From the IMG/VR virus record IMGVR_UViG_3300037067_025869, positions 1 to 64,000 of that record: a stretch of 64,000 nucleotides of DNA. The stretch is one strand, 5' to 3'. Source of the stretch: a virus (Duplodnaviria > Caudoviricetes). The notes beneath the pieces are model-generated. The model did not search any database, was not told where the DNA came from, and was given only the letters and a program-made list of their open reading frames with translations. Below, piece after piece: positions 30,442 through 40,296 of this stretch (its first letter is position 1; each line of letters starts with the position of its first letter). Made by a program: the position numbers and the translations under genes.

Positions 30442-31491
30442 ATGACTATTTTTAAATTTCGGCATAATATTCTCATATATTATAGTAAAAACCCAAATAA
30501 TATTTTAACTATGAAAAAACTAATATCAATTTTAATAGGGTTTCTCTTTTCTTATATATCTTTCTCTCAGATTGAGAGATCAACCCCCACCCAGCAGAGG
30601 TCTAATTATGAAATATATGTTATAAATAAGGATAAAGGTATTTCCCAAAATACTATAGATCCGCAAAAAAAGGAATGGGATGATCTATATTATATTCCTT
30701 CAAGAGATGAATTAAAACGTAAAGCAAAGAATATTAACCTTCGAAAAAAAGGGATAAGAATAGAACATGATTCTTTATATTACGATGCAAAAAAAGAAGT
30801 TTATGAGGATCTTTCTTTTACAGCACAGATTTATAGATTTCATCGTCCTTATTATGGATTTGGTTATTATAATTATTATTGGGATCCATTTTGCAATCTG
30901 ACGTTCTTAAAGTCATGGTATTATGGGTATTATCCTTATTGGGGATTTAGATTTGATTATAATAATTGGTATAGCTGGGGGTATACATATGATTCATATT
31001 ATCCAAATTGCTATTTTGGTAGAAATACTTATTACAGCCATTACTATAATTCCAAGATCCAATACGGAAGGCGAGAAAAGCCTTCAAATTTATCTTCTTC
31101 TTTTAATACAAATATTAAAAGACAACCTTCTAAAATTGATAGAACCCCGATCAGACCCTCTGCAATCCAAGAAAATAGAAGGGTTAATAATTTGCAAAAA
31201 ATAAATTCATCTAATGAAAGAAGAGTAACTACAAATCGATCTAACTATAATCCGGCGAGAAATAATCAAATACGAAGTTATACTCCAAATTACTCACAGC
31301 CTCACTCTCGTTCTCAGTATAACAATACGAATATAAATAGAAGTTATTCACCCGTAGAACATAGAAGTTATTCTACCCCTTCTGGGAATTATAACTCCGG
31401 GTCTTCTTATTCTGGGGGATCGAGCGGATCTAGATCAGGAGGGGCTTCAGGCAGATCAGGTTCTTCCAGAACTACATCACGAAGGAATTAG
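30442..31491 (+). CDS. Bacteroidota-like secreted Tyr/Trp/Gly-rich protein with Arg/Ser tail
   Basis: Likely start MKKLISILIGFLFSYISFSQ at 30511 (signal peptide); DDLYY, YYWDP, SRSGGASGRS tail. Confidence 0.7.
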   Translation: MTIFKFRHNILIYYSKNPNNILTMKKLISILIGFLFSYISFSQIERSTPTQQRSNYEIYVINKDKGISQNTIDPQKKEWDDLYYIPSRDELKRKAKNINLRKKGIRIEHDSLYYDAKKEVYEDLSFTAQIYRFHRPYYGFGYYNYYWDPFCNLTFLKSWYYGYYPYWGFRFDYNNWYSWGYTYDSYYPNCYFGRNTYYSHYYNSKIQYGRREKPSNLSSSFNTNIKRQPSKIDRTPIRPSAIQENRRVNNLQKINSSNERRVTTNRSNYNPARNNQIRSYTPNYSQPHSRSQYNNTNINRSYSPVEHRSYSTPSGNYNSGSSYSGGSSGSRSGGASGRSGSSRTTSRRN

Positions 31492-31519
31492 CAGAAAGGA
31501 GCTTAAAAAACTACTTTTT

Positions 31520-32962
31520 TTATTTCTCAGTCAAAAGTTCAGCAACTTTATTCTTAAATCCTTTATATGATCCCCAGTCGGATCCAAATCTTAGACCTTT
31601 TGTAGGTTTGTTTGGGTCTACGATCCAGGGTTCAATATCTTCTCCCGACATGCCAAGTCTTTTTATATCTCGAACTAAAATATTTAAGGGGCCAATAGCA
31701 TAATATCTTTCAATAATTTTTTTACCGATAGATTCTACTCTGCTTACTCTTCCCACTTTAAAATCTACTTCTAAATCTTCAGCAAGAGGTTTAAGTATTT
31801 CTTCCTCAAAGCGTTTAAAGTTTATTCTATGGGAAACCCCTTCATTCAAAGATTCATATATATTTCCTAATTTACTGAGTTCTTCCTCCTTTTGATCAAT
31901 TTGATGCTGCAATTCTTCTTCTTTATCTTTTTCCCCGGGGGTGTAATATTCATGGTCGTTTAAAACAGATTCGGGATTTCGAATTTCCTTAGATTTTTCA
32001 TCTTGATGTAAATTCCATTCTTTAATGGCCTTAAGTTTTTCTTCTTTAGAAAGCCCGGAATTTAACATATCTAAGAAATCCCACCCATATCTTTCAATTA
32101 TATCTGAGCTATATTGTTCTGATTCATTGTATTTATTTCTGCTATCACTTTGAATATCTCTTAAATGCTGTCTTAGGTCCCGAATTTCATCTTCTAAATT
32201 TTTCATTTCTTCAATGGCTTTCTTTGTAGGCTTTTTCTTTTTAGGAGATCTTACTTTTTCTTCTTTATATCCAGGTTGAGCTTCTGGCTTTTGATACCAA
32301 TTTCGTAAATGCATAGGAATATGAGTATATTTGTCTTCAAAAGCTTCATCAATTTCCCCCTCCATTTTTCCTTCAACGACTGTCATTACTAAATGATCCA
32401 ATATTTCCATTTCTTCATCTGTAGCATCCTCCATATAAATGGTAGCCAAATCTTGTAATTCTGATAATGTCATGTCATTTTTTTTAGCATAATCGCTAAG
32501 AGTCGAAAAGGTTAATGGGGTATTCTTAACAATCCATCTGATAAAAGATTCTTCTCCGGGTCCTTTTAATATAAGTTCTTTAACAGCTCCTTCGTTGAGG
32601 GATTCATCCATTTTTCCATAAGCAATTTCCTCTGCCTCTTCAAGAACTGCTATCATATTGCCTACTATCCAATGAGATACATAATCTATATAAATAGAAT
32701 CGCTTTTTAATCTGCTTCCATAATCATCATATCCTAAAAGGGTGTCTAAGTACCAGCTGCCAGCGGTTATGCTGAGGCCATTATCATCGATTAATACGAT
32801 TTTAAGAATCCAAGCACCATCAAATCCTTTTTCATAAGATTTCTCGGTATCTGAATGCTTTCTTTGAAGAATCGCTTTATATTGATATTTTCCTCTTGGG
32901 TCTGATGGCTCGGTATCTAACACAATAACACCAGGGGTTTTTAATGGATTATCTAGTTTCAT
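31520..32962 (-). CDS. Multi-segment protein punctuated by ESLNE sites
   Basis: DESLNEG, EIDEAF and YESLNEG separate unrelated-looking blocks. Confidence 0.75.
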   Translation of the reverse strand: MKLDNPLKTPGVIVLDTEPSDPRGKYQYKAILQRKHSDTEKSYEKGFDGAWILKIVLIDDNGLSITAGSWYLDTLLGYDDYGSRLKSDSIYIDYVSHWIVGNMIAVLEEAEEIAYGKMDESLNEGAVKELILKGPGEESFIRWIVKNTPLTFSTLSDYAKKNDMTLSELQDLATIYMEDATDEEMEILDHLVMTVVEGKMEGEIDEAFEDKYTHIPMHLRNWYQKPEAQPGYKEEKVRSPKKKKPTKKAIEEMKNLEDEIRDLRQHLRDIQSDSRNKYNESEQYSSDIIERYGWDFLDMLNSGLSKEEKLKAIKEWNLHQDEKSKEIRNPESVLNDHEYYTPGEKDKEEELQHQIDQKEEELSKLGNIYESLNEGVSHRINFKRFEEEILKPLAEDLEVDFKVGRVSRVESIGKKIIERYYAIGPLNILVRDIKRLGMSGEDIEPWIVDPNKPTKGLRFGSDWGSYKGFKNKVAELLTEK

Positions 32963-33059
32963 CTAGTCTTTTTATTTATTTATTCAAATAAAAAAGCGAA
33001 GCTGTTTGAAAGAATTTGACCCCGGAATTATGGGTATTATCATGATGAAAAATGCAAAT

Positions 33060-34601
33060 CTAAAGTTTAATTTTAAATTTTTTAAAAGGGAATTTTTTAT
33101 CTTTATAAACTCGCTCTCTTTCCGAAGCATGCCGCATAAGATAGTTTTTTCTCTGGAAATGATTTGGACCATTCCAAAAATAGCTATCGCTAAAATCCAC
33201 AACAACTACCTGGGTTTTTCCTTCTTTTAAACGCATAGGCCTTCCTAAAATTTGTCTTATAATTATCTCAGAGGCATGACTTTCCGTTATGAAAAGATTG
33301 TGGATATTAGGTAAGTCAATTCCTTCCGAGAATGTTCCGGTGGAAGCAACAAGCACGGTATCTTCTTCTTCCTCCATCTTTCGTTTGAAGAAGTCTCTGT
33401 TGTCCACTTTCGTATTACCATCAATATAATAAACATTTTTTTGTGTGTTTTCTCTTAACCAATCATAAATTTTTCGGCCATATTCATGTTTAACGTCAGC
33501 AAATAAAACTAATGAATTCTTTTTCGTCTTATTTATCATCTCGCAAATATATACAAGTCTTCTTCTGTCATTTCTAGCAATTTCTTTTTCCGTATTCAAG
33601 AGTTTTACCCCATCTTTTTCATCTGCTTTAACATCTCTTAATAGATAAAGATCTTTTTTCTTATCTGAGGAAAGATAATCCAGTTCAATGCAAATAACAT
33701 TTACTGGGGTGGCTTTCCCTCTTTCTATCAGTTCTACAGATTCAAGGGTAAAAACTTTTGGTCCTAAATACGCCTGTATTGTAAAAGAATTGCATGTTCC
33801 TTCTTTAGGAAGAGTTCCCGTTAATCCTATTTTATAATAGAGAGCATTATAACACTTAACTACAATATTTTTAATTGAATTGGATTTTGAATGGTGACAT
33901 TCATCTATTAAAACCGAATCAAATTGGGAAAAGTATTCTCCAGATCTTTTTGTTAAGCTTTGATAAGTTCCAAAAACAATATCAGCATTTTCTTTTTCCT
34001 TTCCCGCTCCTGAATAAACGCATTGGCTTTTCCATGGTGGGGTGCCATCATTTACTTTACTCTCGTATTCATAAAATTTTTCCTGGGTCTGAGTTACCAA
34101 ATCAATATTTGGAACAACATAAAGCATCTTATTTATTTTCTTCCTATCGAAAAGATAGCGAAAAAGAGCAAAGGCGATGATAGTTTTTCCTCCTGAAGTA
34201 GATATTTCTTCTGTGCAAAAACGAAATTTAAGAGCTTTTAAACAAGCTTCTATTTGATAATCTCTTAATGTAAATTCTTCTGGATCTGGAAAGAATTCAT
34301 TCATCCAATTCGTAAAATCCTCTTTGACAAATTCTTTATCTATAAGAGTTTCTGTATCATCAATAAAAAAAGGAAAATTGTATTTTTTTGCAAGAGCTCT
34401 GACTTCTCCCCAAAGTCCAATTGGAATCCGCTGATATCTATCAATAAATTTAATCTCTCCGTCCCAGTGAGGGATTTTCTTTTTGATAATAAACCAGTTG
34501 TCCACACGCTTAGTAAATGAAGATTCCAGCTGAGAGTATTCCAATTCCGTACAATCATCTAAAATCAAAAATTTTTTATCTTCTGAAACTTTTAGTTGCA
34601 T
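33060..34601 (-). CDS. uvsW: UvsW-like SF2 DNA helicase
   Basis: LRDYQ, STSGGKT Walker A, DECHH, GLTGT, TFSEGID, QILGR. Confidence 0.92.
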   Translation of the reverse strand: MQLKVSEDKKFLILDDCTELEYSQLESSFTKRVDNWFIIKKKIPHWDGEIKFIDRYQRIPIGLWGEVRALAKKYNFPFFIDDTETLIDKEFVKEDFTNWMNEFFPDPEEFTLRDYQIEACLKALKFRFCTEEISTSGGKTIIAFALFRYLFDRKKINKMLYVVPNIDLVTQTQEKFYEYESKVNDGTPPWKSQCVYSGAGKEKENADIVFGTYQSLTKRSGEYFSQFDSVLIDECHHSKSNSIKNIVVKCYNALYYKIGLTGTLPKEGTCNSFTIQAYLGPKVFTLESVELIERGKATPVNVICIELDYLSSDKKKDLYLLRDVKADEKDGVKLLNTEKEIARNDRRRLVYICEMINKTKKNSLVLFADVKHEYGRKIYDWLRENTQKNVYYIDGNTKVDNRDFFKRKMEEEEDTVLVASTGTFSEGIDLPNIHNLFITESHASEIIIRQILGRPMRLKEGKTQVVVVDFSDSYFWNGPNHFQRKNYLMRHASERERVYKDKKFPFKKFKIKL

Positions 34602-34672
34602 GCAATTTGTTCTATTTTATATTTTTGAAGATCTTTGAAGAAGGGTTTTTTTAGTCATAATATCTTTCTCTT

Positions 34673-34973
34673 TTACTCAGCTCTGACCAATGCAATATGA
34701 TGTTCCAAATCCGTAATAACAGCTTCTTGACTTACTAGGACAAATTCCAATGGTGTTTTTCCCTAAATAAATACCTAATCTAAATTCTTCCTTTCCCCAT
34801 TTTTTATCAAATAGGCGATATTTATCGTTCAATTTAAAATTTATTCTTTGTCCAATCTCATATCTTTTTGGAATAAAAATAAGAAGAATTTTATTCCATC
34901 TTAAGATGATTGTAATAATTGTAGTAATTCCTACGATGCTGGAAATAATTCAATAAAGAATCTATATTTTCAT
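34673..34973 (-). pseudogene. Disrupted membrane-anchored protein gene
   Basis: ATG overlaps the upstream stop (ATGA); in-frame TAG and TGA at codons 4 and 8, then a hydrophobic helix; apparent late frameshift. Confidence 0.55.
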
Positions 34974-35855
34974 ATTTTTTGTTTACAGTCATAAAACCCT
35001 CTTAAAATTCTAGCTATACATGATATGGAAAATTTGTATAAATTTGCTATTTCTTTTTGAGTTTTTCCCCCATGATATAAAAATTTTATATCTAAAATAA
35101 TTTTTTCATTAATATTCAAAGAGGTTTTGTTCTTATTCCATACATCATAGTTTTTTGGTTTTCCTATTGCCGACAAAGACATTTTGATTTTTGTTTCCTC
35201 TGAATTTTTTCTCCCTTTGTGTTTTGCAGCTCTTTTATTTTTCGTTTTTTCGGATTGTTTGTGTCCCAATAAAGCTATTTTATTTTTTTCCCCTATTTTT
35301 CTTTTTGTCTCTTCTGTTCTTATTTTTCCTTTATTAGCTTTACTTATTTTTATTTTTACCTCCTCATTAAGAGAAGCACATTTTTCTCTCATTAATCTTT
35401 TAGTTTCTTCTGAATGCTTTCTTCCCTTGATTTTTTCCAAAATTAATTTTTGCCATTCAAAATATTTAATTTTTCCATTATCTTCCCCATATTTTTTAAT
35501 ATAGTAATTTATTTTTGTAATTCCTTTTTGCTTATTTTTTATTTTTTCTATAGTTTCTAAAGAAGGGCTAGCTCCATTAAATCCCAATCCTCCTAGTGGA
35601 GCTAAATTATATCCTGATGGAATTAATGTATTATATTGAATAATATATTTTTCTTCTAATCCTCTTGCATCTTTAATTGTTTCACATGTTTCCAATATTT
35701 CTCTTTTGAAATTCCCCTTTCCATATTTTTTTATAGCTTTTAAAAAATATCTCCCACTTCCAATATATCCATCATTTATATTTTCTGTTTTGTGAGATCC
35801 AGCATATTTTTTCCCATTTATCAAATTAGTAGTTGATATAAACAAAATTTTGCAT
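34970..35855 (-). pseudogene. GIY-YIG/NUMOD3 homing endonuclease with a +1 frameshift in the GIY motif
   Basis: ATG 35855 MQNFVYI, an extra A at 35833-35834, then TTNLINGKKYAG; repeated HSEETK-type motifs. Confidence 0.75.
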
Positions 35856-35895
35856 TTTATCTTATATATTCATGCAAAATTTATTGAAATACCTA

Positions 35896-36402
35896 TTATT
35901 TACCATTTAATAAGTTTTCTATATCAATTCTATTTTTTATCCCAAATATTATAGAATCCAAGGATTTTATTGTTTCAGATATAAACTTGGAATGGTTTTC
36001 GATTTGCTCTTTTAAGAAAACAGTTGGAGATAAATCAGCTAAAATTTGAATTTCTTTTACCTTTTCATTAGGAAATCTCTTTTGAGATTTGTAAGTATAA
36101 AAATCATATTTTTCGGTAAATTGCTTACGATAAGTTTTTCCTATTTTATACAGGAGAGACATTAAATAATGATAATATTCAACAGCACGTTGACGCTCTG
36201 TATAAATGTTTGTCATTAATTCAGCAACGTCAGGAAGTCTCTTCATCATAGTTGACATATTCTTTACTTTTTCAGTCCACTCTACTCTTTCCTTAGCAAA
36301 GCGAACTTCCATAGTATCTTCCCTCTCTTTATTTTCGGGAGGATTCTCTTTTATAAATTCGTCAAAAGAGTCCGGAATTATAGGTTGAAGTATCTCGTCC
36401 AT
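35896..36402 (-). CDS. uvsY: UvsY-like recombination mediator
   Basis: Helical protein ending TIKSLDSIIFGIKNRIDIE; lies between primase and uvsW. Confidence 0.55.
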   Translation of the reverse strand: MDEILQPIIPDSFDEFIKENPPENKEREDTMEVRFAKERVEWTEKVKNMSTMMKRLPDVAELMTNIYTERQRAVEYYHYLMSLLYKIGKTYRKQFTEKYDFYTYKSQKRFPNEKVKEIQILADLSPTVFLKEQIENHSKFISETIKSLDSIIFGIKNRIDIENLLNGK

Positions 36403-36538
36403 TTTTCACCTTTTTATGAATAACAATTTTAGTTTTCTTACTTTCTTTTTTTTCCAAAGGAATCTCAATATTCAAATTGGGGATTTCCCCATCAAATTCA
36501 AATTTGAATTTTAAACCAGGGGCAATTTTTCCTTTCAT
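36362..36538 (-). CDS. Small hypothetical protein (58 aa)
   Basis: MKGKIAPGLKFKFEFDGEIP...; ATGA-coupled to the primase stop. Confidence 0.45.
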   Translation of the reverse strand: MKGKIAPGLKFKFEFDGEIPNLNIEIPLEKKESKKTKIVIHKKVKNGRDTSTYNSGLF

Positions 36539-37671
36539 AAATCTATTACATCCATTGGGTCATCACTAAAGTATTTATCCCATAATGGAACGGGAATGTT
36601 TTTATTATTAAACCAAATAATCACATTATTAAGATCCCATTTTTTATCATTTTCTGGTTTATATGGAAGACCATACTCATGCTTAAATCTTTCCCATAAA
36701 AATATAGGATATCCTTCATTTATTCTTTTTATAGCATTTTGGCTTCCCGCCTCATCATCATCATAAAAATATCTTCTCGGTATCTCTAATGGGAATTGTT
36801 TATTTGCTCCCCCGTTTCCAATGGAATTGCGAAAGAGAAAAGAATCAAGTGGTCCTTCGAAGACTGTTATCAACTGATTAAAATTAAGCGCACAAATGCC
36901 AAAAAGTTGGGAAAGAGTATCGATTTCATCAGGGACTTTTTCTTCCTTTTTTAACAGATTATAAATTCCAGATAAACTATATGTAAGGTATTTAGAACTT
37001 CCTCTAAATGTTTGAAATGGTCTTTTCTGAAATCCAAGTATTTTACCGGATGGAGTTAGATTTAATATTAAAAGATAATTTCCAGTTGGATGGTAAAGAA
37101 ATTTTATTGCATCAAATTGTAATCTTTTATTTAACCATAGCCAAGCAGAGGACTCTTTAGCCTCTATCAAGCCAAAAGAATTTTTGAGTTCCTGCCTTTC
37201 GATAGCATATTTTTCAATAGTGATAGCATCTAATAAAAGAGATATATCATAAGCACCCCTGCTTGATGTAAAATCCCCTTTATTATTTGAGATATAAGAA
37301 ATAGCGTCTAGACTTAAATCGATTTTGAAATCTTTAAAAAAATGGTCTGCTCTTTTGAATTCACCACAATTAAAGCATTTCATATAATACTTATGCTTTC
37401 CCTCCAATATAATATTTCCCCTCTGCTTCCAAGAATTTTGCATAGAATCACCACAAACTGGGCAGCTAAAAGTAATTCTTTTATTTTTATGAATTCTAAC
37501 CTTCCTTTTTATTGGATTTTCGGGAAATCTTTGATCTACGATTTTTTGAACATAAGAAACCAATATTCTCTCAAAATCTTCTTGAGACAAATTATTTAAA
37601 CCAAAAAAATCAAAATCCGTATTATCAATTTTTACCGAACTATCTTTTATAATTTCTAATTGCTGCTGCAT
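36535..37671 (-). CDS. gp61: T4 gp61-like DNA primase
   Basis: FSCPVCGDS...CFNC zinc domain; VFEGPLDS and YDDD Toprim motifs. Confidence 0.9.
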   Translation of the reverse strand: MQQQLEIIKDSSVKIDNTDFDFFGLNNLSQEDFERILVSYVQKIVDQRFPENPIKRKVRIHKNKRITFSCPVCGDSMQNSWKQRGNIILEGKHKYYMKCFNCGEFKRADHFFKDFKIDLSLDAISYISNNKGDFTSSRGAYDISLLLDAITIEKYAIERQELKNSFGLIEAKESSAWLWLNKRLQFDAIKFLYHPTGNYLLILNLTPSGKILGFQKRPFQTFRGSSKYLTYSLSGIYNLLKKEEKVPDEIDTLSQLFGICALNFNQLITVFEGPLDSFLFRNSIGNGGANKQFPLEIPRRYFYDDDEAGSQNAIKRINEGYPIFLWERFKHEYGLPYKPENDKKWDLNNVIIWFNNKNIPVPLWDKYFSDDPMDVIDL

Positions 37672-37701
37672 TTATATTTTATGATTTGAACTCGGAATTA
37701 T

Positions 37702-37738
37702 AAAAAAATCAGGAGGAATAAATCACTTTACCCCTCCT
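37702..37738 (-). terminator. Intrinsic terminator after SSB
   Basis: AGGAGGGGTAAA-GTGA-TTTATTCCTCCT then GATTTTTTT. Confidence 0.75.
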
Positions 37739-37760
37739 AAAAAAATTTTTTGGGCTTTAG

Positions 37761-38744
37761 TTACATTGTCCCGATAATATCATCTAAATTTCCAGGAATT
37801 CCTGGGGATCCTGCTATATTTCCTAAATCAAGATCCGGAATATTAAGCACTTCATCCGATCCACCCACGCCGAGATCAAGGTTGTCTATAGAAATATCTG
37901 ATGATGTTATGCCTGTATTAGAGGACTGTTGAGACTTAGCATTATCCTTGGTAACAACATTTGCATATTTGGCTGAAACCTGGCCTTCTCCGGTAACTGC
38001 TACAATTACATGGTTAACGTAATCATATGTATCCTGATCCCATTCTTTATAAGCATATCTAGAAAGATCCGGGGAATTAGTTTTAACCCATTCAAAAACC
38101 TCTTTCTTATTACTTTGAGGTGTAATTGGTATAAGTTTGCCATCAGCATTTGGCAAGCAAAGGGGAATTCTCTTGTCAACGAATTTAGATTGATCGTAGT
38201 TATTGTAACCAGAAACCTTGGTAATAACAAGAGCAAAAGCCTTCCCCCCTATTATATCAAATGGATCATGAGGTTCGCCAATAACAGGTTTAAGTTCAGC
38301 ATTAATTTTTTCCCAGATTTTAACGCCATAGCGGAAGACCATAATTTTTCCTTCTGCTTCTGGATTGTTTTCATCGCGAATAATCTGAACAAGAGAAGCA
38401 TAAGAATGTCTTCGTGAGAAGTTTTGCGCAAGTTTCTGCATTTGAACGCTTTCGCTCTTACGGAGTTTCCAGTAAATATCCTGAAGAGGAGAGGGTTTAC
38501 CCACAGAAGATGGGCAATCGATATATCGACCTCGCTGTGTTATCGGATCCATCAAATAGGAAACCCATTTTTCCTGGATTGAACCGTGTTTTGGATCTGC
38601 ATGCCAAGGTATAAGTCTAATGATAGACTGATAAATTCCGCCCTTCCCCTTATCAGAAGTTGGATTATACTCTTCAGTTTGTTTTGCTGAAACTACAGGA
38701 GCTTCTACCCCCGGATTAAAAAATGCGTCATAATTTTCACTCAT
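37761..38744 (-). CDS. gp32: T4 gp32-like single-stranded DNA-binding protein
   Basis: IIRLIP, CPSSVGKPSP, GKIMVFRYGVKIWEKI, PFD..GG, NYDQSKF, acidic DDII tail. Confidence 0.9.
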   Translation of the reverse strand: MSENYDAFFNPGVEAPVVSAKQTEEYNPTSDKGKGGIYQSIIRLIPWHADPKHGSIQEKWVSYLMDPITQRGRYIDCPSSVGKPSPLQDIYWKLRKSESVQMQKLAQNFSRRHSYASLVQIIRDENNPEAEGKIMVFRYGVKIWEKINAELKPVIGEPHDPFDIIGGKAFALVITKVSGYNNYDQSKFVDKRIPLCLPNADGKLIPITPQSNKKEVFEWVKTNSPDLSRYAYKEWDQDTYDYVNHVIVAVTGEGQVSAKYANVVTKDNAKSQQSSNTGITSSDISIDNLDLGVGGSDEVLNIPDLDLGNIAGSPGIPGNLDDIIGTM

Positions 38745-38777
38745 AGTTTTTAGTCTTTTTAGTTATTTTAGTTATTT
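38745..38777 (-). repeat. ACTAAAA repeats directly upstream of the SSB start
   Basis: AACTAAAAT AACTAAAAA GACTAAAA ACT ATG. Confidence 0.7.
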
Positions 38778-38812
38778 AATTATTCTCTATACTATTAGTT
38801 CTTTCTTTAGTT

Positions 38813-39200
38813 TTATAATATCTCGTTAAAAATTCTTTCATATATAAGATTTCCCGTATTGAAGATTTTAAAATAACCTCTTTCATACATTATTTGATTC
38901 CCAGATTTATTCTTATCCTCTTCATTTTTTATTATTTTCTATTTTTAAATTTATATATTTTTTATCCCCACAAGTAGAATATAAATATTTTTTATATTTT
39001 AATGGTTTCCCGCAGGAACACAATGGCATTTCTAAAATATTATTCTTTAGACAAAAAATACGAAGAGATAAAGAAGAATCCGATGATAAAAAGGAGGTTT
39101 TGTCCAAAACCTCTTTATATAATTCAGGTTTAGATTTAACGAAGTTAAATATTCCTAAATTTTTTCCATTTAATATTTTTAATAAATCTTCTTTAGACAT
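38813..39200 (-). pseudogene. Internally deleted Hef-like endonuclease remnant
   Basis: N-terminal LRIFCLKNNILEMPLCSCGK joined out of frame to KNKSGNQIMYERGYFKIFNTGN, the C-terminal tail of the three intact paralogs. Confidence 0.75.
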
Positions 39201-39260
39201 TTTAGATAGTAAGACAATTTAGCTTTTTAGATATCTTTAATATATTCTATATATCTACGA

Positions 39261-39291
39261 AAAAAGGTAAAGTTTTTGACTTTACCTTTTT
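39261..39291. terminator. Intrinsic terminator
   Basis: AAAAAGGTAAAGT/ACTTTACCTTTTT perfect inverted repeat. Confidence 0.75.
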
Positions 39292-39315
39292 ATTTTATTA
39301 ATATTTTATTAAAAA

Positions 39316-39654
39316 TTACATTGATAAATATTCCTCCATTTTTCTTTTTGCTTGCCCCAGTTTAGGAAAAGTATTCTGAGCTCCCCTTTCCCCTTCTTTA
39401 CTCCAAGCTGCAATATAATATTCTAAACCCGAATCTACCCATGCTAAGTGATATCCTGTTGCATCTAATGATATAGATACCACTACTATTTCAAGGTCAG
39501 GATCTTTTTCTGTTTTATCATCAGTTATTCGAGGATTTAGATTTGGGTTAATTTCTTTAAAAGCTGCTATAAGTTTTTGTGCTTCTCTAGCATGTTTATT
39601 CCCAATATTCATCGAATCTTTAGGATCTACCCCCCTTACAAACTGCGCTCTCAT
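39316..39654 (-). CDS. Hypothetical protein with FxRGxDP leader
   Basis: MRAQFVRGVDPKDSMNIG. Confidence 0.75.
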   Translation of the reverse strand: MRAQFVRGVDPKDSMNIGNKHAREAQKLIAAFKEINPNLNPRITDDKTEKDPDLEIVVVSISLDATGYHLAWVDSGLEYYIAAWSKEGERGAQNTFPKLGQAKRKMEEYLSM

Positions 39655-39968
39655 TATAATAAAAGAAGTTCTATTTTTTTAACGAAAGATTGTTTATTTC
39701 CAGCGCCAATTTTAGTATCAAATACTTCTCCTTTTTTTATAAAAAAAACAGAAGGTATACTTTTTATTTTGTATTTTTCGCATAATTCAGGATTTTCATC
39801 TACATTACATCTAACTATTTTTACTTCATTTCTATATTCTTTTGATAAATCCTCTAAAATGGGGGAAATAATTCTGCAAGGGCCGCACCAGTCAGCTTCG
39901 AATTTAATGATTAAGTTTGGAGCATTTTTTATGATTTCATCGTAATTTTTATTGGTTAATTCTTCCAT
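39654..39968 (-). CDS. trxA: Thioredoxin
   Basis: FEADWCGPC, NVDENP, IKSIPS. Confidence 0.95.
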   Translation of the reverse strand: MEELTNKNYDEIIKNAPNLIIKFEADWCGPCRIISPILEDLSKEYRNEVKIVRCNVDENPELCEKYKIKSIPSVFFIKKGEVFDTKIGAGNKQSFVKKIELLLL

Positions 39969-40059
39969 ATTTCTTCATTTTTATTTTATATTCCAAATAA
40001 TTTTCCCTCTTTATTAATTTATCTGCATTTTGAACCCCTTATTTTCCCCCATTGAGCGA

Positions 40060-40296
40060 TCATTTCATTTGCATTCCATATCCGTATTTAGAAGATTCGG
40101 GTGTCCAAGTAGCCTTAACCCCGGTTTCTAGGGAGCTAAGAGCTTTATAAACTCTTGACCTTCCCCCATACTCTTTGACTATTCTGTCAAAAATTGATTT
40201 AAGCTGAGCTTTAGCTTGATCAAGTTGTCTTTCGTGAAATCTTCCGAGTTCCATAGAATCCATTGGATCTACTCCTCTTACAAAGCGAGCATTCAT
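40060..40296 (-). CDS. Small protein with FxRGxDP leader
   Basis: MNARFVRGVDPMDSMELG. Confidence 0.7.
   Translation of the reverse strand: MNARFVRGVDPMDSMELGRFHERQLDQAKAQLKSIFDRIVKEYGGRSRVYKALSSLETGVKATWTPESSKYGYGMQMK

Noticed and set aside
34673-34973. Genome-wide TAG/TGA reassignment
   Set aside because: Conserved genes are full length in code 11 and end in TAG (e.g. 19143, 49335), TGA and TAA
40000-40062. Read-through or frameshift extension of the 40060-40296 ORF
   Set aside because: Alternative frames are short and nothing distinguishes them
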